Origin: Podarcis gaigeae
Taxonomy: Eukaryota
Strand: one strand, 5' to 3'
DNA: 64,000 nt
Assembly (NCBI GenBank): GCA_964106915.2
Contig: OZ066917.1
In this document: positions 28,692 to 42,681 of the stretch, piece after piece
Position numbering within the stretch: the first letter of the stretch is position 1
Layout of the letters: each line of letters begins with the position of its first letter
Position numbers and translations under genes: made by a program
The notes under the pieces: model-generated
Told to the model about the DNA's origin: nothing
What the model saw: the letters and a program-made list of their open reading frames with translations, nothing else
Database searches by the model: none

Positions 28692-28799
28692 CCATGCCCC
28701 CCTACATACCCCTAAAATATACTATGGTGAGTTGATGGGACTGCAGATGCTATATCACTGGCTAATATGCATGCACATTTACCGGAATATCAACAATTA

Positions 28800-29445
28800 G
28801 TGTGCTCTTCCAATAACCTGAAGCTATGTTTAGCTCCTTCTTTGGTTTCCAAAACTGATCATGCAAAACTAGTAAGAGAAAGAAGAGCTCTTCTCTAATC
28901 ATGCCACGTGTATGATTCTTCCTTGCCAAGGGTAACAAGCTTGCTCTCAACAGCTAGAGATAAATGTGCTTTAAAAGTGCCACTTGGTGATGAAGGACCT
29001 GAAACAGACTCCATGTGACCTAATAGCAAATTGGCTCATTGCAGGGCCAGCAAAAAGTTACTTGGGTGGGGGGGAATCCACTGTGTAGAATCAGTAGTTG
29101 TTTGCCTCCCTAGTTCCCTTCCAGAAACGTGTGCTTTGCCAATAACTATTGTTAACTATGTTTAGCTCCTTCTTTGGTTTGCAAAACTGAACATGCAAAA
29201 TAGTAAGAGATGAGCCCTTCTCTAATCATGCCACGTGTATGATTCTTCCTTGCCAAGGACAGCAAGCTTGCTCTCAACGTCTAGAGATAAATGTGCTTTA
29301 AAAGTGCCACTTGGTGCTGAAGGACCTGAAACAGACTCCCCGAATTGGCTCATTACAAGGCACTTCATAAAAAGCCAGCAAAAAGTTACTCTGGGGAAAA
29401 CAATCCACTGAGTAGAAGAAGAAGCAGTTTGCCTCCCTAGCTTGC
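28800..29445. repeat. Diverged tandem duplication, unit about 330 bp
   Basis: CTATGTTTAGCTCCTTCTTTGGTTT... starts at 28824 and again at 29156, staying colinear through GTTTGCCTCCCTAG. Confidence 0.9.
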
Positions 29446-31039
29446 TTAGATGTCATGGAAAGAGAGTGTTCAATAAGAGCTGTCATAAAAGCAAAAGAAA
29501 TACCATGAAGTCAGAATTCAGTGCTTCTTCCAACTACTGTACCCAGGTGACCAGCACAAAGTATACGCCTTATGAAGTTTATGCCTTGTGTTCTTCAATC
29601 ACATCTGTAAGCCAGCAACAGGTCTCTTCACCCAACCATATCTTCCATCTTTTTGCTTGCTGGATATTTGTTGCTAATTCTGCAAGCATTTATTCTGCAT
29701 TTGATATATCTCCTTGTTAAAGGTAGCAATATTCTAGTTCAGGGGCAGTCATCACAGGACTCTCTTAACGTTACTGGATTCCAGCTCCCACCAGCCCCAG
29801 CCTGCATGGTCAATGGTCAGGGATGATGTCAGTCAAAGCTGTCCATGGGTTTTCTAATCTCCAAGGCTGATTTATGGCAAGAACCTTCCTTCACTCACTT
29901 ATGCAGAGTCTTGAACTTGTGCTTGCACAAATTTAAAGACCTTGTTTCAGGGTCTAAGGGCCTATATTTTAAGCTCTGAAGCTACATCTATTGATAGCAT
30001 TATTCATTTTTAAAATTTATGTCCTATAAATTTTTCGTCAACGGGAACTCAAGGCAGATAACAAATAAAGCTTAAAACATGGTCACATCAATGATAATTA
30101 ACTCCAACTTTTGGAGTGGGAGGGGCAGAATCAGCACTCAATCAGGCCTGAATGCGTTCCAGAACAAAAACTGGATAAATATGTTGAAGAAAGATGAAAT
30201 GCACATAAGCACAGAGTTCGGGTGGTAGTGATCTTCCCAGTAAGATACTGATCTTGTGGAACTTCCCAATATTACAAAACTAATCAGGTTTAGCTTTGCA
30301 TTATGCTCAAGTTGTGAAAGCACCAGAAAGGATTTTTAATTCTTATGAATAAAGAATTTAAAAGGTCATCCTTGCCACAAGACCTATCAAATATTTAAGC
30401 GCTGCTCACAACAGGCTATAGTCAGAATTTCTGGGACAGTTATCTAGAAATAATGTCACATGCAGACTACAACAAATCTGTTTGCAGTGATGAGTGTGAT
30501 GACATCATCTGATGAGGATGACAAGGTACCAGCTTCCCTTCATCAGGACAAGCAATTATTAGTATCTCCTTTCTAACTCTTTCTCATTGCCCTAATCTTG
30601 CTGTCTCTGAAACCTCATGCAAGCCCAAACTGCAGTCATTTGTATTCAAGATTTTGAAGAACCTGGCACACTCAGGCATCTTACGCTGCAATTTGCTTGG
30701 CTCTCTAGTGCTTACCTCATTCCATATAAGGCAATCATATCCCTACCTCTCTCAGTCTCTGTGATAGAAACCATTCAAGCTTATGGGCGCAAGGCTAAAT
30801 GGGTTTGGGTTGCCTGTGCAATTTGTAGCAATGGACCATCTTGCTATTTCCCCCCCCCCCCCTTAAACCGGCACAAAGCCATTTTATTAACCGTCCACCA
30901 TTTGGGGTAAATATATATCCTATATATGTTTGTATTGGCATTTGTTGGCATTTGCTAATTCCCACCAAGCCAGCAAAACAACGTTAGTATTTTAAAAGTA
31001 ATTGTGTCCTTTTCTATTACTGTATGCGGTACATAATCA

Positions 31040-31272
31040 CCTCCAAGTAACATCCAGGCAGAGGGCCTTCTCGGTAGTGGCACCCTCCCTGTGGAACTCC
31101 CTCCCATCAGACGTCAAGGAAATAAACAACTACCTGACTTTTAGAAGATATCTGAAGGCAACCCTGTATAGGGAAGTTTTTAATGTTTGATGTTTTATCG
31201 TGTTTTTAATATTCTGCTGGGAGCTGCCCAGAGTGGCTGGGAAACCCAGCCAGATGGGCAGGGTATAAATAC
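31040..31272 (+). mobile_element. L2 LINE 3' end
   Basis: RAFSVVAPSLWNSLPSDV...FRRYLKATLY is the L2 ORF2 C-terminus, followed by the GCTGCCCAGAG...GGGTATAAAT tail. Confidence 0.85.
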
Positions 31273-34200
31273 ATTATTATCCCCCAAAGTAATACAGTGC
31301 TTCTGTGAACACGCACATAAAAGATGGGTTCAGGCATACATGTGTAAACATGCAAGGAGATCCATTCATTATATTCACCCATGAATAAGCCCCATTCAAC
31401 TCAGCGAGGCCTACCTCTGAGTAGACATTTGTAAGATTGTGTTACAATCCATTTAAATAAAGCAGTCTATTCAAATAAGTCTTCGACAAAATGGAATAGA
31501 GGGATGGGATCAAATTAAACTTCTTTTACTTAAGAGACTCTACTAAGCAAACTATAGTAACACATGCCAACCCTAAATTACAGTTCTCAGAAAATCGCTA
31601 CTCTTCCATTTATGCTAATAAATGTCCCCAAAACTAATAAATAAGACCATTATCACAATACAAGCAAAGCAATATTTCAAACACTTTGTGAACAGGGACT
31701 ACTTTCTTCTGACTCAGTCCTCAAGTGCCTGATCTCTGAAACTTTACGCAAGTTTTATTTCACAGAGAACAGATGGCCTGCACTTCTCAACAGCCGGGTC
31801 CATTTACAGCTCATCTCTCAAGTTGAGCCCACCATGCTACTTTCCACTAAGAAAATCTTAGTGCATTTACATGTCTAGGTGGAACAACAGAACTCAAATC
31901 AAGAGATTAGCACTAAACTGCAGGCTTAATTCATTTTCCCATCTCTTCCAGGAGGTGCTACAGTGCTTGTTAAACTGCATCAAAAGTGAACAAAATGAAC
32001 AAAGAATAAAGCAGAAGAGCAAAACAAGAACATTAAAATGCTAATAGAAATCAGCAGATTTATTTACACAGGGGGTGCATAATTCCTCCCCCCCTCCATT
32101 TGGCAGTTATACAGTGTGAACACACCTAGTCATCTTGAGCTAAACAGCAGTGCTTCTAAGCTAAGAGCAAGAAAGCAGCTATAGGCCTGACCCTGCAAAC
32201 AAAAGCCTCTGTACTACACCCCATATAGCCTGTGCTTCCATATAGAGTTGCCAGGTGTGTATCATTCTCATTATGCAGCTGCAGGGAGATCTGCTGTGTT
32301 GTCGTAAGGAAGGGCCATCCTTTGTTGGAATAAGCTGCAACATTTTGAATGCAAACTTCATCCGTGTGAGAAATAAAGACACTGAATGTATACAGGATCA
32401 TGCCAACAGAAGCTACCTTAGTACCAATGACTAATTGCCAACCCCCACTCCAACAGTAACACAATTTCCAATCAAAAATGCAAAATCACTGTTTTCCAAA
32501 TGATTTGGGGAAACATGTTATGAGCAAATATGCACAGCAAAGCCTGGTACTTGCTTTTCTTTCTGTGCTTTTCTTAAAGAAAAGCAAATTGGGGAAGGGG
32601 TGAATTGAGCATCTTGTTTTCTCTGGGACCAATGGGCTAAAGTAAGCATTAAGGGCAAACGTTATAAAAAAGAAAGGCAACCTTGAAGATTGGGATTTTG
32701 AGTGGCAATGGAGATCCTTAACCCTTTCCCTTTATCTGCTCCAAGTCCACCCCCATAATGCCACACATAGTTTTAACCCCACGTTTCAAAGGTGATTTTG
32801 AATTCCATGGAGTTAAAGCTGTATGGAAGAGATCGATTTGGAGCAGACCAACAATGGCTAGGGTGTTCACCACCTCTTCTCTACTCAAGATCCCCACACT
32901 CAACACTGCTTACACTTCAACTGAAGGAAGAAAATATGACACAGACCAGGAGTCATCTAAGTGTTCCTAATCACTCGAACCCAATTACATTAGAAAATGT
33001 GTGTTATGGGAAGCCAGCACACAATTTAAAATTAGCATCACACCTTTGCTGCTTCTGTCAGTTGCGATTCCCTGGAACCCACTCCCCCTTTTAAAACTCA
33101 GAACGAACTGATAAAAGCCACTTGTTTCACAGTTCTGCCAAGACTATCTAGGGAAGCGCTCCAGTTAATAATGGCAGACAGAGTTCAAACTGCAAGTCAA
33201 ACTACAAGTCAAATCATAGTCAGGAAATGCAATTGTTTATCATGAGCTCCAACTGAAAGCCATGACAGACTTCTTTCTTTCTGAAGCTTAAAAAACAAGA
33301 GTCCTTTCTAAGAGTACTATATATAGACACAGAGGAGCTGTATGCCTGCAGTAAGCCACCCTTTATTTACTCAACCATATATTTAATTCACATAACCGTT
33401 TTCTGAAGCAAAACTGCACCATCAGCCAAATGAAACAAAAGATCCCATATAACGCAACACCAGAGTTAGCGTTCTGTAATTCCCTCCAATCACCCGCATG
33501 GTTCTTTGGAGTTGTGGCCTAACCACAACCTCTGCAACCACCTGATGATGCATGGCAAATTGCTTTTAAAACTGAGAGGAGGTTCAAAAGCAGCTTGCAG
33601 TTAGAATTGAGGTCAGCTGTTTCAAGCCAAAAATCCCATTAAACTAGCCCAAACTCCTTGCCAGAGCTGAAGTAGCTGTTTTGACTCAAGCCATAGTTGT
33701 TACTGCTGGTATGCCAAGCAAAGTTAACCATGGCAATGCAGGATTTAGAGATGGGGAATCTGCCATTATGTGTCCTTCCCAGAAGCCCTTGGTGAAACCT
33801 GCACAGCATCTAAAGAGCCTCATTTGAATGTCTGCTACCTCCTCCCACACTCCGCTTTAAGACGTTTACAAGCCTCAGATAACCTGGACACCAGCCAATT
33901 TTTCTCTTCCCCTTGGACCATTAACCATCTGGCCTTATGCAGAGTTCTGGAGAACACAAAAGCTTGTACCCCATTTTGTGATGTTGGTTAGCTGAATAAA
34001 TGTATTGGCAAAATACAGAGAGAGAGGAAGATTGCCTTTCCAGGACCTGGGGTAGCAAGAAGTTACACATACCCATCTGTGCATTTGGTTATTACCAAGA
34101 AGCAGAATTTCCTGCCTTTCCTGATATATTCCACTTCCTAAAAAGGGGGGGGGGAATTAGCTGAGAGCTACCCATTTTCTTCCTTTCCCCTTCCTATTCC

Positions 34201-34417
34201 CTCCCACTCAAATAGTGTTATTTACTTAGTAAGCAACTGACGTTATCTGGGAAATAGTACTACATCTGCCACCTGGGCCTGGCTTCAGATAAAAAGGTGT
34301 GTAGTAATCCTCCCCCTCTTAGCTCTTTGAATATTCTAATGGTGTTGGAGGAAATATGGGGGAGACAATGGATAAGGTAAAGAAGAGATCTTTGTAAACA
34401 CCCCTTCTTCCATAATA

Positions 34418-34659
34418 CAGTGGTACCTTGGTTATTGAGCTTAATCCCTTCCGGGTGTCCGTTCAACTCCTAAAACCATTCGAGAACCAAGGCACAGCTT
34501 CCGATTGGCTGCAAGAACCTCCTGCACTCAAGTGGAAGCCGTGTCGGAAGTTCAGCTTCTGAAAAATGTTCACAAACCGGAACACTTACTTCCAGGTCTG
34601 CGGCATCCGGAAGCAGATTTGATAGGCAACTAAGCCGTTCGATAACCAAAGTACGACTG
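34418..34659. mobile_element. Tc1/mariner-type MITE, family B
   Basis: TA|CAGTGGTACCTTGGTTAT...ATAACCAAAGTACGACTG|TA. TIRs are related to family A but the interior differs. Confidence 0.85.
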
Positions 34660-35501
34660 TACAAGGGGAGAAAAACACATCCATTTTGTTTCTTGGCTGA
34701 AATGCTTTAGAACCATGTACCAAAAGCGCAATGTCCTTGACACATGCACAACATCCCACTGATGCTCTCTCCCCATTTTGCCCTTAGAGTGCTATCAGAA
34801 GCCGCTCTGCCAGCTCACACCTCACTGAGCTTAATGGGCCTTATGCCAGCCAAATGCTTAAGCATCCACTGTGCATAATACTTTGCTGTATCCAAGTGAG
34901 ATATGCCCACACATGCCCCGTTCCGTCCCTGCCATTACAGAAGTTTACAAAGCAAGCTATCATGAGCAAAACTGAAGTGAGAGCACACAGCATTTGTCAA
35001 CACTTGCTGCAATCTACCATTAAGTCAGATTACTGGAATACCAGCTTTCCTCTAACTGTTACATGGATACAAACCGTAATATTGCCTTTCAAGTTGCATT
35101 TGAGGGGGAAATGGTTTTAGGTACTCTATACAGATTCAAGACTTGAAATTTGAATGCAATTCAGATTCTGAAACAGAGGAGGTAAATTCAAAATAAGACT
35201 CCAGAAACTCAGCACTATCTACCTGTTGACACTCTTCATAGTTTAAATGTTTTAAAAACAGTTCTTTTCTTCCTTCATTAGCTTTCCCTACCCCCTTTTT
35301 CATGTTTCCATTTAGACTGTAAGCTTGCAGGTATAGTTTTGTGGTTAATTCTGTGTTTTGCACCATTTTGGGGTTCTTGTTTTCCTCTTCACCACATAGA
35401 CCCCCTTCTACTTTGCATTCTCCACCGAGAACATTAGTTACAGCAAGCAGGGCCACCTCTCTCACTCTCCCAGGACTCTAGCAAGAGCAGATATAAGAGT
35501 A

Positions 35502-35868
35502 AGGTAAAGGTAAAGGGACCCCTGACCATTAGGTCCAGTCGTGACCGACTATGGGGTTGCGGCGCTCATCTCGCTCTATAGGCCGAGGGAGCCAGCATTT
35601 GTCTGCAGACAGCTTCCGGGTCATGTGGCCAGCATGACTAAGCCGCTTCTGGCGAACCAGAGCAGCGCACAGAAACGCCGTTTACCTTCCCACCAGAGCA
35701 GTACCTATTTATCTACTTGCACTTTTTGGCGTGCTTTGGAACTGCTGGGTTCGCAGGAGCAAGGACCGGGCATCGGGAGCTCACCCCATCGCGGGGATTC
35801 AAACCACCGACCTTCTGATCAGCAAGTCCTAGGCTCTGTGGTTTAACCCACAGCGCCACCCGCGTCCC
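35502..35868 (-). mobile_element. Sauria SINE, copy 3, full length
   Basis: Same family sequence, with a perfect 14-bp TSD CAGATATAAGAGTA at 35488-35501 and 35869-35882. Confidence 0.92.
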
Positions 35869-38800
35869 CAGATATAAGAGTAGGAATGATACAGTCCAGA
35901 AAGGGGGCAGATAAAAGAGAAGAGATTGGCTTGACCACTACTGGCTTTTGCCACACCCATGTCTGGCATGCACACCCTGACAGATTGCAGCCCTTGACAT
36001 TGACAACAAAAGGTTTTGCACTTCTGTTATAAATAGAGTACCAAGACCAATTTTAAATATGCAAGTTAGTGCCTCATATGATGGCAATTCAGACAGAATG
36101 TTCACTTCTTTGGGACCAGTTCATATGACAGTTTTGTTCTACGCAAGCAGTCTCAACCATCCGCAGCAAGTATTCATGTGAAGAGTGTTCATCTGGGTCC
36201 TTATGGATACGCAGTTAACAGCAATTCCACCTACCGAGATAACAGGAATTGTTCCACCTGGATCTGTCAACTCTCACACTACGTTGGGACTGCTGACATA
36301 TATAAAAAGGGCGTTTAATTGAGATGGTCCTTTGAAGCACGGCTCTCAAAGAACATGCACTACTGGACTGCACTGCAGCAGCAAAAGTTTCTAAAGGTGG
36401 CCTAAGCAGAGAATAACAGAAGAGGTGCAGGTGAAGGAGGATGGAAAGAATGTCACATAGCAATAAATCCTTCCGTGGCACAGAGTTGTCATTCCCAGTT
36501 ATGAGCATGCTTCAGTATTAAGATCTAGTCAAAAACTCAAGTTTGACAGGCGGGCAAATAATACTTCACTACCATTTCTCTACTACTTCTTCCTTCACAC
36601 TGTTCACCTCCCATTGTCTCAAAGAGAAAAGAAGTGAGGAGGCTAGCCTACTTCCCCAAACCTGACCATGCTACTTGCTCCCCCAAAATCCTTCAAGAAG
36701 TAAAAGGGGTTAAGGGGCATTTTAGACATTCGTATATCCATCAGTTATTCCTCCTCTTGAACCTGTCTCCTAAAGGAGGCTTAGAAGACAGAGGAAGCAG
36801 CAGAATCCTATTGCAGACACAAATATTACCCTAGAACTGCTTCAGGAAAGGTATCAGGCATTGTTCCTCCTGTTCAGGAAGGCTAAGTCACTAATGCCAA
36901 AGACTCTGGTGGCATCTTCCCCCCCACCTCCCATGTAAAGCTGACTTGCATCCACTGCTCCCCAAGCACCTTGCAAGGGCACTCCTCTACCCAGTAATAA
37001 CAATCCCAGTTACACGTTTAACTCCTTTGTTTTGGTTAGTGTGCTATCATAACCAGTCTCTGGCAAATTGCCATCTGGTAGAGCAGGACCAAGATGGCAA
37101 TAGGATGAGTTTCTCCTACCACACCATTTGAGCATCCCGACAAATACTCAGCTTCAGCAAGAGCTTATTCCTTGAACACCAACTAAGTAGTAGTCAGACA
37201 TGTTTAGAGTCACATGCCTGTCAAGTGTGTCAATAGTGGCTGAATAACATGGCTTGTCATCTTTCAAACTCTACCCTACATTGCAGCCCATTTACTTTGC
37301 CTCAGAGAAGTCTACCTTTACAGTACGTTCATTCTTAAAATATGATAAACCACCACAAAATATTAATTTTCTCTTCGTGGAAACTCAGCACTGTGTTGTG
37401 ATCACAGAGTCCTACTACAAAGCTGACTGTGAAAACCCCAAAATTAGAACCGTCAGCCAATCCTGGCCATTTACTGCATTTCAGCGCAGATTCACACCTC
37501 CAAGATAGCATTCCCTGTTCAAACAAGCAGCTCTCAATTATTTCCTCATTCTCAGCTCTAAAGAACTATGCAATCTCTTTAGACTCACTCACAATACCAT
37601 TTTCATTTTATAAAAGTGTCTAACATTGCAGTAAACTGTAAATCAAACCTGAGCTTCAATGATTCACAGAACCTGAAGTTCATTTGTATTGGGAAATCTA
37701 CCCTTTATCTGCTGCCAAAACATAAGAACAGCTATCTATATTCATGCAATAACTTGTGCCAAAATGCGCCCCCAAGATTTGGTGGCCTCTATCTTACGCC
37801 ATCCCAGAAACATGAGCAGTTTTACTCTTGCCTTCCTATATAGTATTCCTCATTTTTTCTCCAAATTACGAAGATTCTTCCATGGAGAAACACATTATTA
37901 AAACCTCCCACTTTACTGAAACAGTACAGGGCCAGTTAATGTTGCAGATTGTGCAAATGAGCAGCAAGCACAAGAAAAGAAACCCGATACACAGATCAGG
38001 TGGACAACGCACAGGTTAATTTCCTTTTGTCCACAATGAATATTAAAACATGCATCAAGAAGAGTAAAACTGAGAGTACATGGTTAGACTAGTTCAAGTC
38101 CCAGATCACAACAATGATGGCAATGCACAGAGTGGCATTTCTCCCCCCAGACACAAGGGTGCTAAATTTCATGCAGCAAGCCAAGTATTATCAGAAAAAT
38201 GTGATCCTCTTTAGATTTTCAGATGTTTTCAGCATAGGCACTGTGAGAAGGTCGAAGACAAAATTCAATTTCAACTTAGTATTGGGTGAACCAATAGTGT
38301 AAGTAAATCCATTGATTATAATTAAACCTAGTACATTCTCCATCAAATATCTTCCCGCCTCACACACCATACCCTGTATCTGCTTTCCTTGATTATTAGC
38401 ACTTTGCATCCTATATCCGCAACACATTTTTGAACAGTTCTTCACTTGCCAGATGTGCATAAAAGTTGTTTAATATCTTTGGATTTCATATTTCATGATT
38501 TTGAGGAAAGTAAATAATATTTTATTGGCTTTAGACTTGTCTATGTTTTGCATGAGTCTTTATTCCAATACATAGTTTTAGAAGAGATATGCTCTCCACA
38601 TCCACATCCATCATTTCTCATTCATTAGCATTTTCCCAACTTCTTATTTAACAAACTGCCTCAGCTGCTTTCACTATAGCAATATGAAACTATTAAGGGC
38701 ACTGTGTCCTTGGAGATATTAGCATGGAGTCACACTGGCATTTTATTTAATTTAAATCAATAATCAACTGAACCCACAAGGGCTCAGCAAAGATAGTGTT

Positions 38801-39814
38801 TAAGACAAACAATTATATCAACAAAGATATAGGAAATACAGAAAATTATATACCGCTAAATTAAGAATTTTTCCCCCTCTGTGGGAGTTCCAAGTACTTT
38901 TTGCAAACCACTTTGATGTGGTGGTGGTTGATTTTTACAATCAAGCAGTGTATACATTTTATGAATGAATGAATGAATGAATACTATTCCATAAGAAGCT
39001 GTTTTACTAGATGAGACCAAAATTCCTTTGAGACCAAAATTCCACTACCTCCAATACTGGTGAGCTATATATTTCCAGAAACTCACAGACAGAGAATGGA
39101 GATAATTGTCTTCTCTTGCTTGCACCAGCATCTAATACTCAAAGAAGCACACACCCTCTCAGAGTAATGGCTCTCTCAAGGCTAACAGCCATTAAGAGGC
39201 CAATCCTTCATAAATGTGTTTAATTTTCTAAAGCCATGTAAGCTAGTAGCCATTGCTGCATCTCATGGGAGAAAACATATTTTGTTAAATACTCGTGGAA
39301 GTACTTTTGGCAAGTGTTTCAATTCAACTTCAACTGGCAACCCCAAGATTACAGAATAGAAGAAGAACACTATCCATCATCTTGCCAACACAATTTTGTA
39401 AACCTCCATCATGTCCAACCATCTACAACACAGTCCAGAAAAAGGAGTCTAAAACACTTTAACCACTCTACAAATTTGTAGGCATTCTTTTTTTGAATGC
39501 TTCAGAATAGTAAACAGTATCCAAAAGTGGCACCATAGACAGCAGTCAGCCACCAACAATTCTCTCTACGCTCTTAGTATTCAAGCTCATCTTGTGAACT
39601 GTACATTCAAAAGTGTATTTGTTGCTCAAATGAGATAGGGCTATTTTATCCCCTTCATGTGCATAAATAAATTCTATAATTTGCAGCCTCAATATATATA
39701 TTTTAAATATCAAAACAGAAATCCCGTGTGCATTCTGCTCAGACAGTTGTTACAAGCAGCAAGAAGGGACTACATCAATTTATCTGAAGTATGGATTTCA
39801 CCTGTGTTTGGGAG

Positions 39815-40516
39815 GTTAGGGGAGGGGTAGTACTTCTGGTGGGGGACATGTCATGCTCCTTCTGAAGTTCACCTTGGGTCCCCACGCTGCGCACAGCTCT
39901 CAGCTGGGGCTCCTAGAAGCTGTCAGCATGCAACAGTGGCCACACCCCAGGAAATGGTTTCAACTGGCTAGCTGATGGGCAGCTGATAGGTTTCAAACCC
40001 TCTGCGAGTTAGAAACTTCCCCTGCATGTGAAGACAAGCTCCGGCAGACTGAGCAGACAAGAGCGATAATGGGTGCAATGGCCAAGAGGGCGGTTTCTGC
40101 GTGTGCTGTAGAGGGAAGTGAAGGGCTGATGGGGTTCATCAACCTGGGAAGACAGCCCATCTAGGAGAAGGAAAACTCTGATCCTAAACCTCTGCTGGTT
40201 TGCGAGATATTTCAGGAGAAGAAAAGGCTACACAAATCCCCAGTTGAATCCCTAAGGTGGTTGGACGGCACCTTGTACATCTCCTCCTGGCAACCCCTGC
40301 AGCCAAGCTGGTGCCAAACATGTTGCTCTGCTCTCCACACATCAGAGTGGCCAAGAAAGGGGGTATTGTTGTCTGGGTAGCCCAGGACCTCCATACACCC
40401 TGCCTAGGCTTGCACCCCAGGGAGATCACATCGGTGCTGCTAACCCAGTGGTTTGACTCTACCCCTGGAGGCATACTCCATTCCCTCTTGAGACAGATGG
40501 ATGCCAACAACAGCAA
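39815..40516 (+). mobile_element. Non-autonomous retroelement, probably RTE-derived
   Basis: About 700 bp with no RT ORF. The 3' end TCCATT..TCTTGAGACAGATGGATGCCAACAACA and internal CTAGGAGAAGGAAAACTCTG resemble RTE-clade termini. Further copies at 46389 and 59815. Confidence 0.6.
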
Positions 40517-41883
40517 TGGTCAATAATGGGAAATAATTAGTGTGAAAAATATCTGCACCATCCACCTGGATGCAATCACTTTGCAGAGCCTTAAATTCTT
40601 CTGAAATTTAGGAACAGAGGAGAAGAGCAAGAGCATGCAAAAAGTGGTTGATCTCAGTGAAGCAAGGCCACACTGATCTCTCTTTTCATACCAAGCTGGG
40701 CAAACCCTACTCTTAAAAGTGCTGGATGACAGAGCAGAATTGTTTTTATTCTTTACCACAGAGGAATGAGGCAAATGTAATATCAGGTTGCTGGCAGTTG
40801 GAAAAGAACAGGTAACTCAGCACATATTAATTTCACCCTTTAATCCTTTCAAGCATCAGGACTTCCCCATATCTTTCCTCTGCATACTCATTTCTAGTAT
40901 TGATCAGTGAAATAGCATATCTAATGGGCAAAGCCCTTTACACTCACTCTCTCGCTTTGACTTTTTACCGTAATTGCATTGCAAAGAACACTGTTTCATG
41001 AGGTTCATGATTACAAGCAGACAAGCAACTAATTACTGGAAGCCTTTAACTGCAGGGTTTTGAATTAAACCTTGATTCAAATTACTAACTGTTGTAGCAT
41101 CAAAGAAATCAAACAGCTGGAAATGCAAGCCATTGCAAACAATGGACATGAAATGAAGCTCTCTGAAAGATCCCTAATGCTAGCCAGGAACTGGAGATTA
41201 GACAGAAAAAGCAATGCAAGAACTTCTGAGGCATGGAAGACAAATATTGATTACCTGGGGATTTTGAATGTTGATTGGGAATGTTCTTGCTGTGGTACAA
41301 CATGAGTCACCTGCTTTCCCTCAAGCCCTTTCCCACCAAAAGAAAGAAGCAGTTTTTTAATTAAATGGAACAGTTATCTTAATTAGGACTGGAAAGGCTG
41401 ACATTTGCTCAGGTTACAGATCAAATACACACAACGTGCATAAGTACTTGCAAGGTGGCTTTCCACGTGGTTTGGCAAAAAACAGACCTACTTGTGGGTA
41501 TTTAATTTTTTTCCTGCAGTTCTCATGCTGTTAAAGGGTAAACTAAAGACTGAAGCACTCATGCTCAGAATGCAATGCCACATGCCATCAGCAGGTTCAG
41601 CCACCTTCCCAAAACACGTACCTCAACTGTTTCCCTATGAAACCATAGTTAGAAGACACGCTCTGTTGAAGGCAGAAATAGCAACGCGTTTCCTTGTACA
41701 CTTACTTGGTTTGGTAAATATATAACTACGGTAGGTAATTACCCCGATAGCAGGAAAGACCTTTGGTCATGTCCCCTATACATGCCATACCAAACCTCTG
41801 CAAATATATCAGCAAATTATTTCCCTAAACTTCAACCTTGATAGACACAAGGCCTAACTAAATATGCTTGACATTTTCTGATA

Positions 41884-42103
41884 CAGGCAACCTCACATTT
41901 ACACGTGTTCCGAGGCACTGCACGCATCAGTGAAATTGTGTATTTTTGAAACACAAAAAACCCCTAAAAACACCCTGTTCCACCCCTGCCCTACCCCTTT
42001 TTGTGGACATTTTGGTGACTTTTTGCATCACTTTCAGGTTCGGTGCAATGCATGCATGCACGGTCGTGCACATAATTGAACGCGCATAAATAGCAGGTTG
42101 CCT
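41884..42103. mobile_element. Tc1/mariner-type MITE, family C
   Basis: Imperfect TIRs TA|CAGGCAACCTCACATTTACACGTGTTC ... GAACGCGCATAAATAGCAGGTTGCCTA|TA. Confidence 0.7.
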
Positions 42104-42294
42104 ATACCCTATTCACTCATATGAGGGAGACAGCATCAAACTCCCAACAAACCTGCCTCTCATTACCACTGTACAATCATGCAAAAATGAGAGAAAGAAT
42201 TTTAAAAATATTTGTCTAGTGCCTTCTCTCTGTAGCCAGCGTTAACACAAGGGCAATTTAAAACAAGTGATCTTCCATCAGAATTATGGGCAGT

Positions 42295-42681
42295 GAAAAG
42301 GTTAAAAAAAAAAAAGAGCAAAGGACCCCTGGACAGTTAAAACCAATCAATGGTTACCATGGGGTTGCGGCGCTCATCTCACTTTCAGGCTGAGGGAGCA
42401 GATGTTTGTCCACAGACAGCTTTCTGGGTTATGTGGCCAGCATAACTAAACCGCTTCTGGCGCAAAGGAACACTGTGATGGAAACAAGAGTGCATGGAAA
42501 TGCTGTTTACCTTCCTGCCACAGAGATACCTATTTATCTACTTGCACTGGTGTGCTTTCAAACTGCTAGGTTGGCAGAAGCTGGGAGCTCACGCCGTCGT
42601 GTGGATTTGAACCGCTGACCTTCTGATCAGCAAGCCCAAGAGGCTCAGTGGTTTAGACCACAGTGCCACCTACGTCTCTAC
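42295..42681 (-). mobile_element. Sauria SINE, copy 4 (older/diverged subfamily)
   Basis: Homologous body with CpG decay and TSD TGGGCAGT at 42287-42294 and 42682-42689. Confidence 0.85.
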
